A stretch of 64,000 bases of DNA. Origin: Eledone cirrhosa. Its lineage: Eukaryota. The notes under the pieces are model-generated. The model was not told the DNA's origin. It saw nothing but the letters and a program-made list of their open reading frames with translations, and searched no databases. The stretch is taken from assembly GCA_964016885.1 (NCBI GenBank), contig OZ024742.1, forward strand, positions 328,786,001 through 328,850,000, given 5' to 3'. This document shows, piece after piece, positions 27,040 through 41,150 of this stretch (position 1 is the stretch's first letter; each line of letters opens with the position of its first letter). The translations under genes were made by a program, and so were the position numbers.

Positions 27040-27600
27040 TAAATGTTTATACTTTAGGCGAAAGGCCAGCACATTTTGGGGAGAAGAAAGTCGACCCCAG
27101 TGCATGACTGGTACTTTATTTTGTCGACCCCGTAAGTATGAAAAGCTAATCTCGGTGGGATATGAACTCAGAAGGTAATGAGCTATAACTCAGATACTCG
27201 ACCAATCCACCGCCTTTGGATGCTAATAATAATTCATTCTACTTTTGGCACAAGACCAGCAATTATTCCAGTGCATTACTGGTACTTTATCATATCGACC
27301 ACGTAAAGATGAAAGGCAAAGTTAAGCTTGGCAGGATTTGAACTCAGAACGTAAAGGGACATAACTCTATGTTGAAAACATGGCGTCCGACCCTCTACCG
27401 ACACTGCCAATCTACCTAATGATTTGTATTTAAGGTACACGACCAGCAATTTATACCGAGGCGAATGTCTATCATATCGACACCAATAGTTAACTGGTAC
27501 CTTATTTCATCCACTTCAGAACGAAAAGAAGGCAAAGATAACCTCGGTAGGATTTAACTTTAGAAATAAATGAACCAGAAAAATACCATATTTCCGATGA
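27040..27600 (-). mobile_element. Cluster of three SINE copies in the same orientation
   Basis: actggtactttattt..tcgaccc motif at about 27108, 27278 and 27493, each followed by a ggatttgaactcagaa-like B-box complement. Confidence 0.8.
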
Positions 27601-27660
27601 TCTATGCTGTCATGTCATAGTTGTAGTAGTAGCCGTGGTGGTGGTATTATTATTATTATT

Positions 27661-30600
27661 ACAGCTGCATTTATCTTACTTTATGTTCATACGAGTTATC
27701 ACCAAGTCACAACCAGTGACCTCAAGAGACAACAAGGTCCGCCATGTTCAAGAAAGAATATACATACTCACACATGCATCTTTAAGTGTTTAGACTTGTG
27801 ATGTACTTATATTGACAGAATCTTCCTTAGTATATGGGCAGTTCCCATTAGTACTATCTTTCGTATTTCTCCTATACGCGGGTTTCCTGGGATTTGCGAT
27901 AAGTAATCATTAGACCCCTTAGGTATCATTCCTAGAGCGCCTACAGCCACTGGTATTGTTTTAGTTCTCAATTTCCACATTTTTCCAATTTCTATCTCCA
28001 GGTCCTTATACTTGCACAATTTTTCAATTGTTTTTATAGATACATTCTTGTCTATTGGAACGGACATATCAATTAGCAGGTATACCATCTTTTTAAAGTC
28101 CTTCAATATTATATTAAGTCTATTTGCATCTATTTTTCGGTCTGTTTGGATGCTAAAGTTCCACAAGATTGAGATGTGATATTTTTCAAGTATGGAATGT
28201 GGTTGATGCTCCCACCAATTCTTTTGATGGGGCAGGTCAAAATGCTTACACATTATCCAATGTATGTATTGTGCAGCTCTGTCATGCCTGTTTAGGTATT
28301 CGGTTGGAGCTATAGGATTGCACATTGAAATTATATGGTCAATGGTCTCTGGTTGTTTTTTACATACACGGCATAATGGGCTGCATCCATTTTTTATTAT
28401 GTTGGCTTGGTAATTTTTTGTTGGCAGACACTGATCTTGTGCTGATATAATCAGTCCTTCAGTCTCCGATTTCAGTCCAGAGGATGCCAACAGTGATGGG
28501 TTAAAGTTTTGTCAACATCAGGATTGTTAGCTCGTTCTGGGTATTTTCCATACAGAGGCTTTTCTTGTCATTTCTTAGCCAGTTTCTGTAGCAGTTCTTT
28601 CTTTGCAGTTACTTTTACCTGCTTTGCTTTTTCTGTGTTTTCCATTTCAGCAGTAAATGGGACTTCTGAAATTTGTAGTCCATTACTGTATCTTTGTGCA
28701 TCTTTTGTAATAGAGTATGATCTTTTGATGCTTTCGTGTTTCAAAACGAGTTTGATCATCCAATCATCTGATTCCCTTAGATATGTAGATAATCCAATTG
28801 TTGCAGTTTTCAACGCAATGTCTAACTGGATTAACCCACGTCCTCCTTCTTTCCTAGGGAGATATATTCTATCTGTATCTGCCTTAGGGTGATGCATTCT
28901 GTGCATGGTTAAGAATTTTCGAATTTTTGTATCGAGCCTACGGATCTCTGTGCTTGACCAGTTGATGACATTGTAACTGTAGGTTACTACAGGTATGGCA
29001 ATCGTGTTTTATGGCATCGATCCTATTCCTTGCATTCAATTCCGTTCTTAAGATTGCTCTTACTCTGCGGTAACTTTCCTTCCTTATCCTTTCCCTCATT
29101 GTCGAGTGCTTGATTCCATCTCCTTCACAAACATCTAGATATTTGTAAGTTTCCTCTTGATCAAGTTCTCTTATCACATTCCCCCGATCAAGATTCATGT
29201 CTGAACCTTTCAGCAGTTTTCCACTGGTGAACGTTGCTTTGGCGCATTTATCTTGTGCAAACTATATTTTAATGTCATCACTGAACTGTTCCACAGTGGA
29301 TAATAGCCCTTGCAATTGTTCATCATTTTTTGCAAATAGTTTCAGGTCATCCATGTAGAACAAGTGATTAATGGTTTTGTCATAGACTTTATATCCATGT
29401 TTTGTTTCATTGAGCATTTTACTTAATGGTATAAGTGCGATGCAGAATAAAAGCGGTGATAAAGAGTCACCCTGAAAAATTCCACAATTAATATTAACTT
29501 CTCCAGCATCCGGTGATTTTGTTTCACTATTCAAAAGGAGTGTCGTTTTCCATGTCTTCATACTGAATGACAAAAACCTCCTGACAACGGGAGATATTTT
29601 GAAAATCTCTAAACATTTTTCAATCCAACTGTGTGGCAAACTATCGAATGCTTTTTTATAATCTATCCAAGCAATTGATAGATTTTTGTGTCTATTATGA
29701 CAATCTTCCAGTATCATTTTGTTAACCAAAAGCTGATCCTTACAGCCATATGAGCCTCGTTTACACCCTTTCTGCTCAATGGGAAATAGGTCATTTGTTA
29801 TCAGGTGGTCATATGTATATTCAGTTAGGACTGATGTTAAAATTTTATACATTGTGGTCAAGCAAGTTATCGGTGTGTAATTGTTGGGATTGTTTGTCAT
29901 TCTTCGGAAGCAGGAATGTAATGCCATGATGGTATCTTTTCTGGCTCCTTAACTATTTCATTGTAAATTTGGGCTAACAGCTCATAAGAATCTGGGAAGG
30001 CCTTTATTCAAAACATTTGTATTTTGTCTTTTCCTGGGGATTTCCATTTGCTGGTTTTTCTTAGAGCCAAACGCAACTGTTCAACTGTTATATTTTCCCA
30101 TATTTGTTCGTCAATGTGAGCTGTATCTTTCATTTGTCTGTCTATCCATGGGGCATGTATATTATGAACTTTTTCTTCGGCCCAGATCTTTTCCCAGAAT
30201 TCTTGCACTTCCTCCTTTGGTGGTATTGATTTAGCAGTTATTGTTGACTTACCAATTTTTCTGTAGAAGTTTCTTTGGTTGTTTTTGAACATATTATTGT
30301 CCTTATAGAATCTAGATCGTGTTTCAAAGCGCCTTATACGAGCAGCTTTGGCCGACACTTTTTGCTTGATTATTTCTATCAGCATGTCTATGACACTTGT
30401 TGATTTTATACTGTATTTTCTTTTCAATTTTCTAAGTTTAGTTTGTTTAACATGTTCACCTACTTTATAGTTTGTTAAAATTTCTATGTCAGATCGGAGA
30501 GGGTTTATTTGGCGATTGATGTTCTCTTGCCAAGTAGATTTCTTGTGGGAATTCCTTTGTTTTTTCATCTTCACTCCACATAAGTGAGTGCATAATAGAG

Positions 30601-31610
30601 ATGATTTAAATCAGTAATGTTTAGTTTGTTTGTGATGATAATGTTTTTGAGAATCAGTTAGTCTTGTGTATTATCATTTGGTTCTGTTTGGAGTTCTGAA
30701 TCTTAGGGAGGGTGTCTCGTTGCTCCATGTCAGATTCTCTCATTTTCATCCATTCGATCATAATTTCACCCTTCAAGTTGGCAAGTTCATTCTCATTCAT
30801 TTCTTTATCATTTACGATCTCATTATTTTCATTTGGAGTTTCATCTTGAGCATTTACTCCCTCCACTTTTTCGATCCTTTTTTAATTTGTTCTGTTGCCA
30901 GTGATTCCGCCCCAACCCTGGGATTCGAAGTGTTACAATTTACCTCGTTTTCACTGACACATGTTTCATTTTCACTTCGCTGACTTTGTGCTAATAGCTT
31001 GATCTGATCAATTTCTATATCAGTTAGTAACTTCTTTTTTTTACAATATTTCTTCGTATATTGGCTAGCTTGTTACTGTCAATATAGCCTCTGTTTTCGG
31101 GATGTTTCTTTTTCCAGTTGATATATGTCTGTTCTGTATTCGATGTATTGATGGGTAGTACATGGCAGTGTAGAAAGCCTCAAGGATTTTTAATTATTAT
31201 CTTCCCTTGATCATTTTTCTCTTTTTTTCTTTGGATTTCTTGGTGGTGAGCATGGAGGGCCAACAGTAGGAGTATTTCGGTTATGGTAGGTCTCCAGCTC
31301 CGAAGTGATGGGAAGGTTTGAACCATTAGCTGATTTTTCGACCCCAGTCTGGTTCCTCTCTGAGGGACGCGGCCCTTTTTTACCCGGGTGACGGCTGATC
31401 CAGTATGAGATTTTATCATTAGACATTTACTTTATTTTGTCGCGTTTTATCCTTATCCGCCATGAGGTAATCATTTCGTGTTACCACTTCTAGAACGAGT
31501 GTCAACCAAGACTAGAGGGGTCGTTCTCTCCTAGAGACACGGCTATTCCCCGCCGGCAGCCATCCCGGTATTTCTTGGTCACGGGGATTTCTTTTTTGTT
31601 GTTTTTTTAA
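27661..31610 (-). mobile_element. Near full-length R4/Dong-clade non-LTR retrotransposon (RT plus CCHC plus restriction-like endonuclease), disrupted
   Basis: ORF pieces: WKSPGKDKI; PITCLTTMYKI..EQKGC..AWIDYKKAFDS..GIFQGDSLSPLLF..HLFYMDDLKL; GGRGL; CRVC..ETIDHIISMC..RHD..LIDMSVP..KYKDL..PVAVGALG. (TAA)n on both sides, the known Dong target. Confidence 0.93.
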
Positions 31611-32299
31611 ATTATTATTATTATTATTATTATTATTGAATGCTATGGTTGACGGAAGTCCGGCTCTGTAAGGTATCGTAAATTTTGAACGGTATAATTG
31701 TAAATTGTTTAAAACTTAAACCAACTTGTAGACAAAAACACCCTCCTCCTCGTGAGAGGGGTCTTTCTGCCCGTTATTTGGCCCTTCGGGGTTAAATAAC
31801 TGCTTATTGGGGTTTTGTACCCAATATTTATTTTAAACAAAAAACAACAACATGGCTACGAAAAAGAATTTGCATAGGTCACTCCCACTCATTCCGTCTT
31901 CTTCTTCCCCAATCGTCACTACAGCAGAGAGAAGATTGTCTCTCTCCCTCCCTTCTTTAAATGTGTCTCTCTCCCTCCCCTCTCTTTCGCAAGCGACGAC
32001 AGTAAAGAAAAGTCTCGTGCAAAGCGTGCAAGATTTCTCCACGACGACGACGACAACGACGAAACAGGTAGGCGGGAAATACGAAAATTAATTTCATTCG
32101 TCTGACGTCAGGAATAATAGCAGTAGCAGCCGTAATAACAACAGCAACAGTGAAAATGAAAACAACAGTAGCAGCCGCAAGAGCATCACCAGCAGCATAA
32201 AAACAACAGCATTAGCAGCAGCGACACCAACAACAACCACAGCAATAGCGGCGGAGGCAGTAGTCGTAGTACCTGCAGCAACAACAAAAGTAACAGCAG

Positions 32300-33941
32300 C
32301 TCTGACGACAACAACAACAACAGCAGCAAAGAAAAACCAATCTCGTTTGCAGGTATCGCGAAGAACCTGGAAACAATCCTCATAACAAATGAGGAATTAG
32401 AGGAAGCGAAGAAGATGGTGACAAAGACTGGACACCGTGCAATCTGCAAGGCAGCGGAAAATTTTTTCGAAACCCAACAGCACTGTACGGTCACGTACCG
32501 TACAGTAAGTACAAAATCCCGTAGGGTTGAAAGAGCCACAGAGGCTCAAATACAAAAAGCCTTGGGGACTCTGTAGCAGCGGAAAACGCACATCACCCGA
32601 GGCAAAAAATTTGCCACCGTAGACGTACTTTTTGCCACACCCCAGGAGACAAAAGGCTCAATCCGTAGTGACCCTAAGGAGCGAGGAAATGTTGTTGGTG
32701 CCCTCCTACTGCGGGCACAAAATTGTGAGGGTCAAATATCCCCCCCGGGATGGCCCCTTCTTGGCTGGCCGCGTCTGTCCTCGTCGGAATCGAGGACAAA
32801 ACAACTGTACTGCAAATACAGAAAAAAATAAGAGAAGATTGAGTCGGCACCTCCATTGAGATGTTAATCCAAACCAACCAGGAGTGCATCGAAGCTATCC
32901 CGGATGTGATAGACTTCGATAACGGCACTCAACTGCACATAAGTGTTGAGGGTAAACGCCCGAAATGCTTTCGCTGTGGATCGAAGACTCACCTCAAGGC
33001 TTTCTGCAACGAGAAGACCCTGAGAAAGGAGACCCCCCCTCCTTCCGAACCCGGCTCCACGGCTACCAGCAACAGGACAAGCGGCAACCAGGAACGATAG
33101 GTCCGTGGCACCCATACCAACGCCACGGTAATCAAAAACAGCAGCAGCAGTGGAAATATTAACAACAACAACAGCAATACCAAATGCAGCTGCAACAGAG
33201 ACTCCAGTCCAAACATCACCAACAACAAGTGAAAGAGTGGAGCTGGTACCCCTCCCCGATCTCACAGAATCAGACATGGAGTGTGAGGTGGGAGAGGGAT
33301 GGCAAAAGGTCGTAAGAAGGCACAAACGTAGAAGCAGCGCATCGTCGCATTTGAAAAGGGAGGAAAGAAATGAGAAAGGGGTAAAGTCTACTGCAAAGAG
33401 ACTCACAGCAGCAACACCACCAACACCATCACCACCCACACTAGCACCACCATCACCACCGGCGACAACCCCACCGCCAACAACACCTTCAACACCACCA
33501 CCACAAGTACCAACATTGCAAACACAACAACACAACACACACACCCAGCAACAACGACGAGAAAATAGCAGAACCACACCCCACCCCCAGAAAAACAAAT
33601 GCACGGCAATAAATACACACAACAAGAAACTAATGACTTACATAATTGAACACACAGACATTTCACAACACGACTACATAATACCAGCACCAATCAAAAC
33701 GCCAACTAACATAAGACTGCTAAAAATAGCACAGAAACAATACACAAACATTAAAACGAAATTCCCCAATGCAGTTGGTGATTTCAGGGACCTAGGAGGA
33801 ACTAGCAATCGAAGAGTATATTCAGACATACTCATAGAAGAGCCGACGCACAGCCGAAGGGACGATTCAACGGTCCCTTCACCAGACGATCAAGTGAAAA
33901 GGGATGTAAAAACCATCCCTCCTCTACCAAAAGTACGGTAA
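32300..33941 (+). pseudogene. Tx1 ORF1 (gag-like CCHC, Pro/Thr-rich C-terminus)
   Basis: VEGKRPKCFRCGSKTHLKAFC and EGWQKVVRR motifs; stops and frameshifts. Confidence 0.75.
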
Positions 33942-33976
33942 GTGGTCTTTCCCATCTTTTCCACTCTATTTTAAAC

Positions 33977-36900
33977 ATGACCTCACTCAGAATAGGCAGC
34001 ATAAATGCGCATGGCTTGGGGTCCTCATGGAAGCAGGGTCACCTGCTCAACGTCCTCAGTTCACTAAACATAGATGTAGTGGCCATCAGCGAGACCAGAA
34101 TCTCCGAAGCACGGGCCTTCGCACCGATCTTCGGCGGCTACGTGTGTACGCATCTCCCAGCCGTCCTGGATCGGAGGGAGGAGTTGCTGTACTTTTTCGG
34201 AGAGGTTTGGATCTCGCCATACGGGCCATCTTCCTGGACCCAGGGGGTAAGCTTGTGGTGCTGGACGTGACAAGCGGAGACGGGCAAGCTTCAGGCTAGT
34301 GGCCGTCTATGCTCCGACAGGAGCAGGGCGGCCTGATTTCTTCGGGCGTCTGGAGACCTTTCTTGGAACGTCCCGCTCTTTAGTGTTAGTGGGCGACTGG
34401 AACGGGATCTTAGATGCACGCTGGGACTGTGTGGGATTAGCGGATAGGGGTGGAGGGTGCAAGAGCCTCACCAACCTGCTCAGGCGTTTTGAACTGTCTG
34501 ACAGGTACCGATTGGATTTCCCGAGTGTGCCAATGTGGACTTGGACAAATTGCATAGGGTCATCCAGATCATATCTAGATAGAGTATTTTGTAGGGAAAT
34601 AGATAGGTCTAGCATAGGCTGTCCACAATTCAAGATAGTTAGCTACACGGACCACAAATTCGTGATCTGTGTGCTTGACTTAGATAGGCTTCATAGACGA
34701 GGACCCGGCTACTGGAAGCTAAACGCGTCCTTACCAGCGCGTAAGGCCTACAGAGACCGGATTAGCGAACTAGTTAAGCGGGCGTTGACGGGGGCCATCG
34801 TCAACAACAAGTGGTAGTTTGCTCTGAAAAGAGCGATTAGAATAGAATCTATTAGGTTTAGTAAGGCTTTAGCAATAGAGAAAAATAGAGCTGAGGGAGA
34901 ACTAGTTAGAAAATTAGACGAGGCGCTTAGCAAAGGCATTGCGACGGACGTGCTTGCGGCGAAATTGGCCCTTGACCAATTCTTCAATGCAAAGCACGAA
35001 GGCTGCGTTGTCAGAGCAAGGGTGCGTGCTCTCAGACACGAGGGGACGAAAGCCTTTCAATGGGCCCGAGTGGCGGAGGCGCGTCGTGGCAACAAAGCCA
35101 CGATCCGGTCTTTGGTGCACCACGACGGGCGCATGCTACTCGATCCCGGGCAAATGCGTGAAGCTTTTCAGCGACACTTCGCTCAGCTGTTCGAGGGCAG
35201 CGGTGGGCCGGGTCGAGGGATGGACTTCAGTGTCTATCTGGACGGACTGCCGCGGCTCTCGGTCACTGAGGCGAAGTGTTGCGAAAAGCCGATAACAGCC
35301 GCTGAAGTAAGGGAGGAAATGACTGGCTGCACAAGGGGTAAATCGCCTGGTTTGGATGGTCTGGCCTATGAACTTTACGTACAGATGCCAGACTTGTTCG
35401 GAGGCTTCTTGGCGGACGTCTACTGCAACTGGCAACAGAACGGGAGAATTCCCAGTTCTGTGAGCCGAGGAGCGGTGGCACTGCTGAGAAAGGATCCGAA
35501 CAAGGGGGATAACATAGATAATTTCCGGCCCATAACTCTGCTAAACACAGAGTTCAAGATTTTGGCCAAGGTGCTAGCAAAAGTTTGGCGCTTGTCGTTG
35601 GTGGTCTGGTGGGAGAGGCGCAGACATGCGCCATTCCCGACAGATCCATCCACGACAACCTCCACCTCATGCGATACATCGTAGAGAGGGTAGCTGGGGA
35701 ACCTGGCTCGGGTGGGTCCTTGATCAATTTAGATCAGTCGAAAGCTTTCGATAGGGTCGACCATCGCTACCTAGCGGCAGTCCTGAGGGCGGCTGGCTTT
35801 GGGCCCGTCTTCAGAGGCTGGATCGCTGCCATGAACAGCGACATCTGCTCTGTGGTGAGAGTGAACGGTCACCTTTCGGAACCGTTCAACATCATGCGCT
35901 CGGTCCGCCAAGGATGTCCCTCTCGTCCCTCTTCTACGTATTGACAATCGAGCCATTACTGCACAAACTGGAAACGTTGAAGGGGGCTCTCGCGCGAACT
36001 AGGATGCGGAAGATCCGTGTCAGCATAAGCGGACGATGTCAACGTAGTGGTGTCGAACGCCAAACACATCGAGGCGATCGGCACTACAATAAGAGAACAC
36101 GAAGCGGTGACAGGAGCAATGATCAACCAGAAAAAGTCAGTGGGCCTGCAGCTCGGCACCTTGAGAGGCAGGTCCATGCCGTCCAACAGCATCGTCGGGC
36201 GCTGGACGGACGGACCGGTTAAATTGCTCGGGGTCTTGTTCGGTCCGGACCTCCAGACGGACAAAAACTGGGACGAGGTGACGAGCAGGGTGGCTTCTCT
36301 CACCCAGAAATGGGCGGAGAGGAAGCTATCCCTGAAATGTTGAGCGGAGGTGGCTAACGCGTATATCGCGTCTGTCATCTACTACCGCCTGACCGTCGTA
36401 CCTTGTCCTAAGCCCCGCCTGACTGCGCTGCATTCCTGGGTGATGCGAAGACCGAGAGGGAGCGCTTGGAGACTGGAATGTCTTCAGGCGCTCACAGCCC
36501 TCGACCAATCGGGCAATGTGATCGGTGGAAACTCCACCTTGGCGTTCTATAGAGGATTAGTGGAGGGGAAGTGCGACGACGTTCTAGGGGAAACTCTAGG
36601 CGTCGGCGAAAATCAACTAGTCAATCTCTTCGAAAGAACTTTCGTGCCGGGGCCTATGGACAACTTCCAGAAATCCCTGGCCTGGCTGTGCTACTGAGGA
36701 GCTTTGCCAGTTCGGGATAAACACTACAGGCATGGAGGTGCCGTCAGCCGGGCATGTCAGAGATGGGCGCAGGGCGACATAAACCGTCCTGCACGCACTC
36801 GTCCAGTGTCCGAGCATTGCTGACTTGTGGGTTTATGTCGAACACCTGCTGTCGCGTGTAGGACGGATTCAGCTATCAGCTGGGTCAAATCGTGATATTT

Positions 36901-37173
36901 GCGCCGTCCTCTTCCTTTAGCCGGCAAGGGCAGGCAGTTTTTATCTGTCTGGTGGCCATGGCGAAAGTGATAGTATGGTGGACACGTTTGAAAGGGCTTA
37001 AGACGAGCACTTACCTCTTCGGTGATGCCCTGATTAACCTTTTCAAATTTCATTTGAAAAGGAAAATCAGGGTAGAGAGGGAAGTGCTCTCTTCCCAGCA
37101 TTTTGTTGAAAGATGGGTGAGAGAAGCAAAAATGGCCCGAGAGAATGGGTCTACTCTGAGTATGTGTCTGTAA
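33977..37173 (+). pseudogene. Tx1 ORF2 (APE endonuclease, RT, zinc finger)
   Basis: Consecutive ORF fragments 33977, 34299, 34950, 35585, 36047, 36350, 36892; apparent internal deletion near 36425. Confidence 0.9.
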
Positions 37174-37442
37174 ATTAAAGGTGGAAAACTGGGAGAGGGC
37201 ACTTGCCCTGGTGGTCAGTGTCACTGTGGCTTTTTAATTGGCTTTCTCCACCAATGTCCCTCGGAAGTCTCCCCCCTATTGGGGAATATTTTCATTGTTC
37301 TATTATTACATTCTGTTTCTTTTTTTTTTACTCGCAGAAATGCCCATTTGTTTTGCCCTGTATTGTCCTGTACTCTCCTTAATGTCTACTTTATGTAAAC
37401 CCTTGTGGTTAATAAAGAAATCCTTATTATTATTATTATTAT

Positions 37443-37490
<48 letters not shown>

Positions 37491-38068
37491 AATGCCGTTG
37501 ACCAATGCTAAGCAATGGATTAGATCACATGATAGAATACAGCTAGTTCATCCTGTTCTCATTAACACATCTGTGACCCCTAGCTGTAATCTAAGGAGTT
37601 TAAAATGAGCGCAAATTAACAACAAAAGTACAACAAAATACAAAAACAAAAACAAAAGAATAGTAAACGCACAATAGCAGAAACAATTTGTGAAGTTTTC
37701 TGGAAGTTTTCAACTTCTACTACAACAGGAAAACACAGCAACAACGTCACCAACAATAACTTTGAACGATGACGATTTTTGTAAATTTAATCTTTCTATA
37801 TAATTGAGAATCCTTGAGGCTAATAAGAACATTTGGTAAAGAAAGTCTAAAAAAAGATTGTTGTTTATTTTAAAAAAAAGAAACCTACCTGAAAATTTAC
37901 TTGTCTTGATTGAGTTGCACATACCTTTTGGAACACATGCAGACATAATCCCACATATATATTCATAAGAGTGGAAATATCCGAGACCCCAGTAGACAAC
38001 TGATGAAGAACTCCCCCCTCCCATTCTTGCTTTCTTCTTAACTTGCAACTACACGGCCAATCCTATTC

Positions 38069-38201
<133 letters not shown>

Positions 38202-38249
38202 GCAGAATAGGATTGGCCGTGTAGTTGCAAGTTATGATATATATATATG

Positions 38250-38618
<369 letters not shown>

Positions 38619-38639
38619 GTATATATAGGGAGAGAGAGT

Positions 38640-40450
38640 TGATTCCACAACAATTACCAGACCATATTTGAAAACACGCGTTTCACCTAAAGAGGACTGT
38701 TGACTCGTATATATTTGTGGTTTGAACGGAATTATTTACGAACTGGCTTGATTCAGCACAGAAGAGATCAGCTTTCATTTCCATTATAGGGAAGGTAACT
38801 CGGATGACCTTTCTAGTGAAGATAACTTTTGATGAACGCTATCTAGCGATATATTTCGTTTAGTCCGGGATATCACCAAGCATCTGGATATCCTAGATTA
38901 TTCGTGTTCTGTAATAAGTATATCGAGGCATGGCTACAACAGTTGCAAAAATCGGCTCTCGTGACAAGACAAGCATTGTTGCGTAGACCCTGCAAATTAG
39001 TAGATCTTTTATCGATGCGCAACCTGAAAGCCTTAGATCCATTTATATATATGGTCTCAAACCTCGAAGATATTCCATTTGATAGAAACGTTCACGCCCG
39101 ACTACTTTAGTGATCATACATAGCTTGCTAGCTTCGTGGCCTATCACTTGTGTGGCTGTTTAAAAGTCGTCTCTCGTTTAAGGAAGGGTTCCTTAAATCA
39201 GCTTTCGGGCTTACCCACATATGTCCTGATTTCTTGTTGTTGGTTCTGTCGAATGGATGTAACTTCGTGTGAGGGAGCGCTCCTGGAGTTGGTGTTGATG
39301 TCGGCTTCATAATTTTCACGCAGGAATATGGGAAGTTTCACCTGTGCCTGTTATATGGGTCTGTACTTATCTCCTATAGGGAAGTGCTTGTCAAAAAGTG
39401 CTAAGGATCTTTTACATACATTTTTTCTATCTCCATATGAGAAAGGTGGGCAGGACCAAATTATTTTTTATTCATATTTTTCTTTCTACTCTTAGTGTGA
39501 TGCTGATGAGGGGAGTGAGAATATTATTCGAAGAATCCTCTGTTGGCTAAAGCACTGTTTAGTATGGTGCCGTTCTCTCGAAGATGAGCTTATTAGAGGA
39601 AATATTTGAGATCTTATTGGTGATGTTTTTGGAGAAGGTTTTAAAGAGCATTGGTGGGTGGCAGTAATCCTAGTGTATAAATGTCAATTGTTCATGGATT
39701 TTGTGGAAAAGTCTGTATGTGTGTATACGAAGCTCTTGATTGATGTCTACGTAATTTACGCGAGTCACATTGTTAACTAGAGTAATCCTTCTACCTAACT
39801 CGTTAAACGTATTTATTAGGTTTTTCCTAAAGTGGTCTAGGTTGGGACTGCTTTTATAGCTCGATAGGATCAGACATTCATCGCGTTATAAACCCGTGTG
39901 AAACTCAGGGAATTTGACTCGCAAGGTATATAGTATAAATAAACCAAATAAATCGCTTACCTCAGCACTATCGAATGATCTCATTGAGATATTCCATAGG
40001 TCTGAGGTAGTTGCTTATTTGCCCAGGCTACTCCGTTACTGAAAAGGAGGGTTTTCCTCTGGTGGTCTTTGAAACTTCCTGTTCAAATCACAGACGGAGA
40101 TATAGGTAGTGAGGAACTCAAATCTTTATTTAATAGGGTCGCTGAGATCGACGAGTAAAAGTAGACTATGTCGAACTAGGTGAATCTAGATTTGTAAGTG
40201 TTAAACGAATTAAACCAATCAACTAGCGCATGGTTGTTTTCTCACTGGAGAAGGTTGGATTCCTTCTCAATGGTCCTGATTAGTCTTGTATGTATAGATT
40301 AGCTAACTAGCCCTAACTCTATCAGTGCTTAGGATAGAACTCTGCATGTGTGGTTAGTAGTTAAACCGGGTTTGCGATGCTTAAGTTTGATAAAGGCCTC
40401 TCGCTTGGCTAGGCATTCTATTTTCCTATCTACATGATCTATGGAGATTA
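38640..40450 (-). mobile_element. Degraded Hydra-like PLE (RT plus GIY-YIG)
   Basis: Minus-strand pieces REAFIKLKHRKP..TCRVLS, ISMRSFDSAEVSDLFGLFIL..TGL*RDE, YVGKPES*FKE..ATKLASYV parallel the 49099-50885 protein. Confidence 0.82.
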
Positions 40451-40999
40451 TATGGAATTTGAAAATATATTTTCTCTGTAAAGCCACATCAACGAAATAA
40501 AGCAATAAAATGAGGAAATAAATCCTAGAGAATGAAGAAAATGCAGATATCACCTACTGAATCTACACATCTACAGATCTACTGTTTGCGGGTTGGCTGC
40601 GATAATTACTACACCAAAGTGTTCTTGTCCCCACTCCAGTCTCTTTTAGAAGCTGTTATCTTCTAGCCAGGAATGAAAATAAATAAATCGCATACGAAGC
40701 GTCGGTCAAATGTGACATTTGAATGTATGGTTTAATTGCGACAATATCAAAGCGAATGTAGAATTGAAAATAGTTGCTTAATTCAAGGAAATGACCCCGA
40801 AGGTCGGAATAAAGCGAATACATATCACCTGCAATTTTAGAACCACATATTTGTTATACGCCCACAATAACTACTTTGCAGCAGCGCTCCTCCCAATATT
40901 TCCTATTATAGAAGTATTTATTTATTCGCTTAACAATCAGTACAGTCTTTTTTATGTGTTGTATGACAGCGGTACAACAAATAGTGATCGATAAAATAA

Positions 41000-41065
<66 letters not shown>

Positions 41066-41150
41066 CAGAATATTAATAAATGAAGATATTCACAAAATCA
41101 AAATATATGTTTTATTATATATATTTCGAAAGCACAGTACTTTCGAAATA

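Larger units (their letters stand above)
31638..37424 (+). mobile_element. Near full-length Tx1-like (L1 group) LINE with ORF1 and ORF2, disrupted
   Basis: ORF1 with zinc knuckle CFRCGSKTHLKAFC; ORF2 with APE (SINAHGL, AISETR, VYAP, LVGDWN, YTDH), RT (KSPGLDGL, FRPITLLN, LDQSKAFDRV, VRQGCP) and C-terminal zinc motif; 3' aataaagaaatcc(tta)n; (ATT)n at 5' side. Confidence 0.93.

Noticed and set aside
32864-33941. Pro/Thr-rich or Val/Gly-rich host protein
   Set aside because: Low-complexity part of Tx1 ORF1 and its antisense frame.
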